Assembly (NCBI GenBank): GCA_951406725.2
Contig: OX597817.1
Span: 78,368,001 to 78,432,000 of the forward strand
Reading direction: 5' to 3'
DNA from: Octopus vulgaris
Lineage: Eukaryota
DNA length: 64,000 nt
In this document: piece by piece, positions 54,791 through 64,000 of the stretch
Position numbering within the stretch: the first letter of the stretch is position 1
Layout: every line of letters starts with the position of its first letter
Translations under genes and position numbers: made by a program
The notes under the pieces: generated by a model
Databases searched by the model: none
Seen by the model: the letters and a program-made list of their open reading frames with translations, nothing else
Told to the model about the DNA's origin: nothing

Positions 54791-55152
54791 TTATTACCTC
54801 CACCCTACCAAAGGCGGAGGTATTGTTTTCAGTTGTGTTTGTTGGTTTGTTTGTTTGTTTGTCCATGGACAAACTGCTGGATAGATTCAAATGAAACTTT
54901 CAGAGAAGTTTGACCTCATGACTGGCACGAACTGATAAGATTTTGGGATCGATTTGGTACCGGACAAGGATTCTGGATCATATTTCTGTTTTTTTTTTTA
55001 ACTTAATTTTTGAAAGCAGTTGGGTTCATTTTTAGTATTCTCATTTGTGAGAGCAGTTGAGTTTATTTCAGATATTCTCCTTTTAAAAATCCTCTCTGGC
55101 TAATCGTTGAAGTTGCCTTGGTGGAGGTTTGCACTCTCTGAGCGCTCTTGTT
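54791..55152 (+). mobile_element. Helentron-associated non-autonomous element (HINE/DINE-like)
   Basis: 5' ttattacctccac...ggcggaggt, (GTTT)n, 3' ccttggtggaggt sub-TIR, hairpin gcactc-tct-gagcgc, ending cttgtt. Confidence 0.75.
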
Positions 55153-55265
55153 ATTAGTAGTATCATTAAGACAGCAAGCTGGCAGAATTGTTGTGCACTG
55201 GGGTTCATGTAATCAACAAACCCTCTACCCTTGAAAACTGCTGGCTTTGTGCCAAAATTTGAAAC

Positions 55266-55313
<48 letters not shown>

Positions 55314-55314
<1 letters not shown>

Positions 55315-57398
55315 CTGTTCCCAGAAGAGCAGAAAGGATGCCGCAAAGGCTCATATGGCTGTAAAGATCAACTAATGATTAATAAAGCCATAACTGAAGA
55401 CAGCCACAGAAAGAAGAAAGGCCTCAGTATGGCCTGGATTGACTACAAAAAGGCGTTTGATAGCATCCCCCACACATGGATCCTCGAAACACTAGCCATT
55501 AACAAAGTAGCACCAACAATCATATAATTCATAGAGCACTCTATGAATAAATGGCAAACAGTCCTACACCTCCAAACAAAAGAGGGACTCATGAAAACCA
55601 AAGACATCCCCATTAGAAGAGGAATATTCCAGGGAGACACGCTCTCTCCACTCCTTTTCTGCTTGGCACTGTCACCTCTATCTGATATACTAAATAGAAC
55701 TGGATGCGGATATAAATGTTACGGCAAAACGATCAGCCACCTTTTATATATGGATGACCTAAAACTATACGCTGCAAATGACAAACAGCTGGAAACACTA
55801 TTAAAGACAGTTCATGGATTTACCAAAGAAATAGATATGAAATTTGGATTAGAAAAATGCGCCAAAGTAACCATGAAAAGAGGAAAACTAGTTAAGAGTA
55901 ACAACATCACACTAGATAAAACCAATGAAATAAAAGAATTAGACCAAAGCCAAACTTACAAATACTTAGGAATCCATGAACTAGATAAGACACAACACAC
56001 ACAAATGAAAGAGAAAATAAAAAAGAATATTATAGACGAGTTAGATCAATACTAAAAACAGAGCTCAATGCTAAAAACAAGATAATAGGTATCAACACTT
56101 TAGCTGTCCCAGTTATAAGTTACAGCTACAATATCCTTAACTGGACACGAAATGAACTGTCCAAAATAGATAGGAAAACAAGAAAAATACTGACAGGATC
56201 TAGGATGCATCACCCAAAATCTGACATAGAAAGACTATATATACAACGTATAGAAGGTGGTAGAGGCCTTATACAGCTGGAAAACTACTATAAAATAACC
56301 ACCATAGGACTGCAAAAATATCTATTTCAGAAGGAAGGAAAACTGATCAAGATAGCGGCAAAACACGAGCAAAACAAAAAACTGTTCTCAGTATTTAAGG
56401 AAGCTGACAAATACAAACAAGAAATAATACCACCTAATAAACATGAAGAAGAAGAAGAAGATGAAGAAACAACAAAAGCTATAAAAAAAATGAAATCCAA
56501 ACTAAAAATAGAACAGCAAAGAACCATGATAAAACGATGGCAAGAAAAGCCCCTTCATGGTAAATACTGGACTAAACTAAACGCAAAAGAAATAGAGAAA
56601 GAAAACTCCCAGCAATGGTTGAGAAGCTCAGGACTCAAAGCAGAAACAGAGGGATTTTTAATTGCAGCACAAGACCAAAGCCTCCCCACCAGAAATTACC
56701 AAAAACATGTAATGAAAAGAAATATTACAAGTAACTGCAGAATATGTGGAAATGGACAAGAAACAATAAATCATATTATCTCTAGCTGCCCAGTCCTGTC
56801 TAAGAAGGACTATATTCACAGACATGACAGAGTTGGAACCTACATACAATGGAAGCTATGCCAACATTATGGAATAACAACAGAAAAAAGATGATATAGG
56901 CACACACCAGAAAAGGTCACAGAAAACGAGAAAGCAACCATACTCTGGGATATGCCGATACACACAGATAGAGAAATTAAGGCCAACAGACCAGATATAG
57001 TTGTCAGAGATCATGAAGAAAAAAATGCTTTCTAATTGATGTATCAATACCGGCAGATGACAACGTGTCTCTAAAAGAAATGGAGAAACTCTCAAAATAC
57101 AAAGACCTGGAAATAGAGGTAACTAGAATGTGGAATCTGAAAACAGAAACAATTCCTATCATAGTAGGTGCATTAGGCATGATAAAAAAATATTCAGACA
57201 AATACATAACAAAAACACCAGGACTTACAAACACATATAACATACAGAAAATTGCACTACTAGGCACTGCAAACATCCTACGCAGAACACTTTCCATACA
57301 ATAACCATCAGAGCATCACAACAAATCACAGCACATACCCAAGGCACACAGAGCTGCGCTCGGTAGTGAAGTGAAAGCACGCTATAAAAATAAAACTA

Positions 57399-57401
<3 letters not shown>
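55314..57401 (+). mobile_element. 5'-truncated R4/Dong-clade non-LTR retrotransposon (RT, CCHC, RLE endonuclease) in (TAA)n
   Basis: EEQKGC, WIDYKKAFDSIPH, GIFQGDTLSPLLF, YMDDLKLY, CRIC...H...C, RHD, RPDIV..LIDVSIP..K..KY. A few stops and frameshifts, a ~100-bp 3' UTR and (TAA)n on both sides. Confidence 0.97.
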
Positions 57402-57457
<56 letters not shown>

Positions 57458-57480
57458 TAATAATAATAATAATAATAATA

Positions 57481-58360
57481 ATCTTTTCTACTCAAGGCAC
57501 AAGGTCAGAAATTTTGGAGGAGGGAGCCAGTCAATTAGATCGACCCCAGTACACAACTGGTACTTAATTTATTGACCCTGAAAGGATGAAAGGCAAAGTT
57601 AACCTCAGCGGAATTTGAACTCAGAACATAAAGACAGACAAAATACCTATTTCTTTATTACCCACAAGGGGCTAAACACAGAGGTGACAAACAAGGACAG
57701 ACATAGGTATTAAGTCGCTTACATCGACCCCAGTGCGTAACTGGTACTTAATTTATCGACCCCGAAAGGATGAAAGGCAAAGTCCACCTCGGCGGAATTT
57801 GAACTCACAACGTAACAACAGACGAAATATGGCTACGCATTTCGCCCGGCGTGCTAACGTTTCTGCCAGCTCACCGCCTTAATGATAATAATAACAATAA
57901 TAATAATAATAATAATAATCCTTTTTACAATGGGCACAAGGCCTGAAATATATGGTAAAGGGCCTAGAATTTTTATTAGCCCTAGTGTTTAACTGGTTCT
58001 TACATCATTGACCCCAAAAGAATAATGGATGAAAGGTAAAGGCAATGCTGGTGAAATTTGAACTCAGAATGGAAAATGGACAAATTTCTGCTAAGCATTT
58101 TGTCCAGCAGGTTAATGATTCTGGCTGCTCTCCACTTTCATAATAATCCTTTCTACTCTAGGCACAACGCCTGAAATTTTGAGGGAGGAGACCAGTCAAT
58201 TACATTGAATCCAGTGCATAACTGGTACTTAATTTATCAACCCCAAAAGGATGAAAAGCAAAGTCGACCCCAGTGGCATTTGAACTCAAAAAGTGAAAAC
58301 AGATGAAATACAGCTAAGCATTTTCCCCAGTGTGCTATCGATTCTGCCAGTTCACCGTCT
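57481..58360 (-). mobile_element. Stack of four family M SINEs
   Basis: Successive copies at ~57481-57645, 57646-57880, 57918-58140 and 58146-58360, most separated by short (AAT)n. Confidence 0.85.
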
Positions 58361-58440
58361 TTTTCACTTTCATAATAGTGATAGTAATAATAATCCTTTC
58401 TACATTCGATGGATATTTGTCCTCATCTTGTTTGTTGTTA

Positions 58441-58485
58441 TCACAACGTTTCGGCTGATATACCCTCCAGCCTTCTTCAGGTATC
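58441..58485 (-). ncRNA. Minimal type-I hammerhead ribozyme motif
   Basis: Minus strand: gatac-CTGAAGA-a-ggctg-gagggtatat-cagcc-GAAAC-GTT-gtga. Intact core, 5-bp helix II, palindromic loopless helix III, GUU site. Confidence 0.75.
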
Positions 58486-58575
58486 TTGGGGAAATTTCGA
58501 ACCTGGGTTCTCATTCCCAAGGTATTTTTTGATTATTGTTATTATTATTATTACTATTATTATTATTATTATTAT

Positions 58576-58606
<31 letters not shown>

Positions 58607-58943
58607 GTTATTATTATTATTATTATTATTATTCAGGTCACTGCCTGGAACTAAACTCAGAATTGTGAGGTAGTAGCCCATGCTCTTAACCACTACACCA
58701 TATGCCCATGGGCAGAGGTGTATGGCGTAATGGTTAAGAGCATAGGCTACTAACCCCACAATTCCGAGATCAATTCCAGGCAGTGACCTGAATAATAATA
58801 ATAATAATGATAATAATAATGATAATAATAATAATAATGATAATAATAATAATAATAATAATGATAATAATAATAATAATAATGATGATGATAACATCGA
58901 AAAATACCTCAGGAATGAGAACCCAGGTTCGAAATTTTGCCAA

Positions 58944-58987
58944 GACACCTGATGATGGCTAGAGGATTTATCAGCTGAAACGTGTTA
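58944..58987 (+). ncRNA. Hammerhead motif, damaged at helix III/cleavage site
   Basis: gacac-CTGATGA-t-ggct..agct-GAAAC-gtgtt. About 3 nt are missing relative to the left arm. Confidence 0.6.
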
Positions 58988-59049
58988 ACAACAAACAAGA
59001 TGAGAACAAATATTCGTTAAATATAAATAATGTAAATAATTTAAATATT

Positions 59050-59815
59050 GTTTCAAAATGTGTTGGAATGGTGATGAGACAAGGAAAGTTTGTCGGAACA
59101 GAAGATATCTGCATGCCATGTGGTAAAATGATGAAGGCAATTGGATATAAGTACATGGGAATACTTAAGGCAGATGGAATTAAGAATAATGATATGAAAG
59201 AAAAGATAAAGAGAAAGTATGTACCATGATTGAGTAAAATTTTGGCAATAAACTTGTGCACAGTTGCAGTAATCAGGATGGTACTGAAATTCTGATGCAG
59301 ACAAATGATGAACTTAAAGAAGCTGAACAGGAAAACAAAAAAAGCTCTTGACAATACTTGGAGTCCATTATCTATGTGAAGACACCGATCACCTATACAC
59401 GAAGGGAGAAAATGGTGTAAGGGAACTGATAAATGTGGAAGACTGCATGCATGTCAAACTTGGGAATTTTCTGAGATATCTATCCCAAAGTGAGGAAAAT
59501 TTGCTGGTGGCAATTAGAGAAGGGGGCATATCGAAACCAGAAAAAAAAAGAACAAAGTAAGCAATACAAACAATACAAAAAGGACATGAAAAAGCACTAC
59601 ACAATGATTCCATGCTGCCAAAACCGAAGTTGCTGGAGAATATAGGTGGCACTCACTGAAGAAAAGGACACAGAATAAAGAGATTGAGGGTACTATACTG
59701 GCAGTACAAGACCAAGTTTTGGTCACAAATTGGAGGGTTAAACTTGGGAATGAGCAAATGTCCACACTGTGCTGAATTTGTAATAGAGTTGACAAAATCA
59801 TTGCCCATACTGTGA
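59050..59815 (+). pseudogene. Degraded, internally deleted R4/Dong-clade LINE fragment
   Basis: YKYMGILKADGI..DMKEKIKRKY, LYTKGENGVRELINVEDC, EGTILAVQDQ. Confidence 0.8.
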
Positions 59816-60996
59816 ATATATATGTGACAGATAAACCTCTTGCACTTTGCGTAATGATTGATATGGCGCTAATGAAATTAGGTTGATGCTAATGGTATGT
59901 TCATGTATCCAAAGTTTTATCATTATTTTTTTTTTGTTTACCTTACATCCTGGTTTTTGCATTTCATCTGGAAAGGTTTGTCAAACTGTAAAATGTATGG
60001 AATTTGAATACTGCTAGTCGTTTTAGAAAATCATAGAAGGTGTGACTGAAATCCTCTCATATTCCACATGGCCATTGACATAGCACTAAAAAGATTCAAA
60101 GAAAGAATGTAAGAAATTCTTTACTATTATTATATTCTATTCAATCTTTACAAAAATTTGAACCTAATGCATGTTGTTCCAGAAGCTTCATTTTGTTTTC
60201 CACTGGGCCATTTTTGCCATCATACATAGAATGTCCAAAAAAACAAAAATGATGAAGAGTTTGTTTGTAAGAAATGAAAGACTGTTTATATTGATAACAA
60301 GAACAACAACATTATAATGACATTAGCATTGATTAAATGTCTAAATAATTGACATGAGTTATTGTTAATGCTCTTTATCTTCATTCCTCTTCTGGACTGT
60401 ACTGTATTGTGATCCATTCTTGGACAGCTCTAGCACCATATCAGTTCTTCTCTGAGAAGTGACTGCTAGCTCCTTCCTCAATTTTTTTTTAACATGGAGA
60501 AGAGGTCATTAGGAATACCATCTCATCCAAAACTGCATCTGGTTCTGTGATATAAATAGCTTGTTTTCCATTAAAATTTTACATTGAATTAAATTCCAAA
60601 TATCATTTTAACAAGAACAATATTGTGGCCAATATAAAAAAATGTTCAGTATTAGTGTTACTATTTTCTTACTAATTATCATTTTAGATATACAAGTTAC
60701 TGCTGACTAAGTGAACATCTTTCTCACAAGACGAGTTATACAGAAAAATCAAGGCATCATAAGTATGTGAACATTCATACACACACACTCTTTCTCTTTC
60801 ACACACACACACACACAAACACACACACGCACACACACACAAACACACACACACACATGCACACACACATACACACATGCACATATCATATTTGTGTTAA
60901 CATTCTTTAATGAGAATGTGTGTAGAGTAATATTTATAGATTATGTATGCATTTTTGAATTAATAACAATAATAAGATTAGGCAATGTCTTCACAT

Positions 60997-61049
<53 letters not shown>

Positions 61050-61118
61050 AACACACATACACACACATATATATTGCTATATACAGAGAAAGTATCAGAC
61101 AGATAAAGATAGACTAAT

Positions 61119-61212
<94 letters not shown>

Positions 61213-61899
61213 CAGATAGATAGATAGATAACAGGTATAAGTAACAAGATAGAGAGGTAGGAATTGGTGGAAAGAAAGATAGGAGGTGATTGATTGCAAT
61301 GTATTAAGGAATGCTGTGAAGAGTGATTACGCAAACTATATAATACAATCTTGAGACAGCCACAGACAGAAAGCGAGAGAGAGAGTGAGAGAGCAAGAAA
61401 GAGAGACAGACAGAAAATTAGAGTGACAGACAGACTGAGAGAGAGAACACAAGGTAGACATGAAATAAATAAAAAAAATAGAAACAAAAGTGAAAAAAAC
61501 AACAAAAGGGACAGAGAGAAATAGAAGGACAAATATAGCAGTTGCCTGAAGGAGATACCTAGTAAAAAGATAAAAGGAATTTAATTGGAAAAAAAAAAAT
61601 AATATTTCTCACTTCAGTGAAGTTAATTTTTTAGCTTTTATTTATTTTTCTCTCTTTTTAACTGCTTTTGTGTTGTTGTTCTTTATGTGTTTTACTTACA
61701 ATATTTCGATATAATTTTCCTTCCTAAATGTTCTGTTAAAAAAAAAGTTTGGCTGTTGTTTGGTTAGAAAACCTATACATTTGTGAAATATAATAGGAAA
61801 TATAAGTGATGTGCCATCTTGGAGTGACATAGAAGTTTGTTATTGTTAAGTATGGCTGTCTTGGCAAAATGGGAATTTCAGCAAATTATTTATGAAATT

Positions 61900-62343
61900 A
61901 TTCATCATCACTGTCGTCATCATCGTCACCACCACAGACGCTGCCACAGCCAACGCAACCACTGCCACTGCTGCCGCCACCACCACCAACACCACCACCA
62001 CCACCACCAGGGTTGTCATCACTTCAACATCATTACCATCATCATCATCACTATCAACATCATTGTCTTCATCATCACTAGCCTTGTCATCATCATCATC
62101 ATCATCATCTTTATCATCATTATCATCTTCATCGTTGCTGTCATCGTTATTATCATCAACACCTTCATCATCAATCATCAATACCATCATCATCATCACC
62201 TTCATCATCATTGTTGTCATTATCATCATCACCATTATCATCATCATTGGCATCATCATCATCTTTATCCTCATCACCTTCATCATCATTGTCATCATTA
62301 TCATCACCACCATCATCATCACTGTCATCTTTATCACCACCAC

Positions 62344-62386
<43 letters not shown>

Positions 62387-62545
62387 TCCATCATCATCAT
62401 CATCTTCATTGCTGTTGTCGTCATTGTCATCATCATCATCATCCTTATCATCGTTTTAACATCCACTTTTCCATCCTTGCATGAATTATTCAAAATTCAG
62501 TCAGGCAGATTTTCTATGGCTGAATGCCCTTTCTGATGCCAGCAT
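61900..62545 (-). repeat. Expanded (CAT/CAC)n tract forming the tail of a family A fragment
   Basis: About 550 bp of CAT-type triplets lead into ttttaacatccacttttccatccttgcatg and ggctgaatgccctttc. Confidence 0.85.
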
Positions 62546-62700
62546 TCAATTGTTTCTAAGTTTTCCAAGTTGAATGATATTCCTCCACCCTCACCCCACC
62601 CCTATTTCATGGAAAACTGGAAATAAATGACACTGCTAGTGTGGTGGTGATGCTTGTTTACAACTATTGTGCAAAGAAACAGAGACACCCTTCCATCTAC

Positions 62701-62738
<38 letters not shown>

Positions 62739-63065
62739 ACATATATATATCATTGACTTTTCTGCTGTAGTAGATGACTGATGAGGTTCCCACAGTTTCT
62801 TGGTGAAAAATCTGCACAGATGATTTGCTTGTAATGGTCAAATGTTTGTGCTCCACATTAGCGTACACACTCTGTCAAATCAACATTACTTTTACAGATG
62901 TATGGTTTCCAACACATCAGATATCAAAGTGAACGCAGAACATGTGAAGTGCTTTGCTCAAGAACATAGTGTACTACCCAATCTAGCAATTGAAACCACG
63001 GTGTATATCAACAGCTATATCTATGTATGTCCTTCTCCCTCTTGCTTCATATATATATATATATA

Positions 63066-63257
63066 TATATCAAATATAAATTAAAGACAGAACACAAAAG
63101 ATATTGCAGTACATGTGTTTCAAGCTTTGTAAACAATCTGTTATTACATCAATATTATATCAATAATACACTGATGTAATAACCGATTGTTTATAAAGCT
63201 TGAAACACGTGTACCACGATATCTTTTGTGCTCTGTTTTTAAGTTATATTTGATATA
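63066..63257. repeat. ~190-bp hairpin element next to (TA)n
   Basis: Left arm tatatcaaatataaattaaagacagaacacaaaagatattgcagtacatgtgtttcaagc... matches the reverse complement of the right arm with scattered mismatches. Confidence 0.9.
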
Positions 63258-63612
63258 TACTCTCTCACCTCTACCACTATCTGGCATATACAAGTGCTTA
63301 CACTTATCAAGTGTTCACTCTAAATTTATAGTATATATATATATATATATATATATATAAGTAGTTGAATGAATTATCTTAGTATGGATAATTTGGTTAA
63401 CCGATACCTGGGTAGCAAATTCACGTCAGAAAAACACGGTTGAAGCTACATGCCAAGGGCAGAGATCACGTGCTTTCGTGTGGAAATTTGTGTGTTTTTT
63501 TAATACAAATAAATGCACCCCTTATTCCTTCGAAATTAGGAATATGCAGCCTTCGAAACATATGTCAAGAATAAAGGAATTTTGTTAAATCGTCGTTCAA
63601 CTCCATTCTTTC

Positions 63613-63678
<66 letters not shown>

Positions 63679-64000
63679 GTGTGTGTGATTGTGTATAGAA
63701 GAATATATTAATAAAAAGAATTCCAACCTTGTCTGATTTTCACGTTTTATTTACAATCTTATAATGATATATTATAAGATAATATATTATAATTGAATAA
63801 AATAAAATGAAATAGTAGAATGTTAAATATTCATTCTGATTGAACTAGTACTTTCATGCATTGAATTCTGCAATCTTCGGTTTAGGAATAAAGGCGATTA
63901 AATACTGGTTAGAAAAACATAGAGAAGTGATTCCCAGCAGATTCACAGTGCCATTTATATTAGACACAGTCAAACTTATTCTAGAAAATAACACATTCTT

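Larger units (their letters stand above)
58401..59025. mobile_element. ~625-bp head-to-head palindromic element: tRNA-like head, (AAT)n, hammerhead motif in each arm
   Basis: 58401-58708 is the diverged reverse complement of 58709-59025, centred on tgcccatgggca. Confidence 0.85.

Noticed and set aside
58709-58790. tRNA gene
   Set aside because: No proper acceptor stem and a decayed B box. It is a tRNA-derived head within a repeat, as are the SINE heads elsewhere.

Overview
AT-rich, non-genic eukaryotic DNA made almost entirely of microsatellites and transposon debris. The SINE, MITE and LINE repertoire points to an octopus/coleoid cephalopod genome (inferred from recognised repeat families, not from a search). 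I found no host exon, intact tRNA/rRNA gene or CRISPR array. Nearly all ORFs in the track are microsatellite translations. Real coding remnants are all mobile-element derived: R4/Dong-clade RLE LINEs in (TAA)n (best copy 55314-57401), two mariner and several maT/Tc1-like transposase fossils, a Penelope-like (Naiad-type) RT fossil, a Gypsy gag-pol fossil and a CR1/L2-type fossil. Non-coding elements include Helitron/Helentron derivatives, TTAA and TA MITEs and at least five SINE-like families. The most unusual feature is a ~625-bp palindrome (58401-59025). Each arm reads tRNA-like Pol III head, (AAT)n, then a minimal type-I hammerhead ribozyme motif. Several further hammerhead-like remnants and long hairpins suggest an under-described set of non-autonomous, Penelope-associated ribozyme elements. 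All family assignments and RNA folds were made by eye, and coordinates of degenerate copies are approximate.
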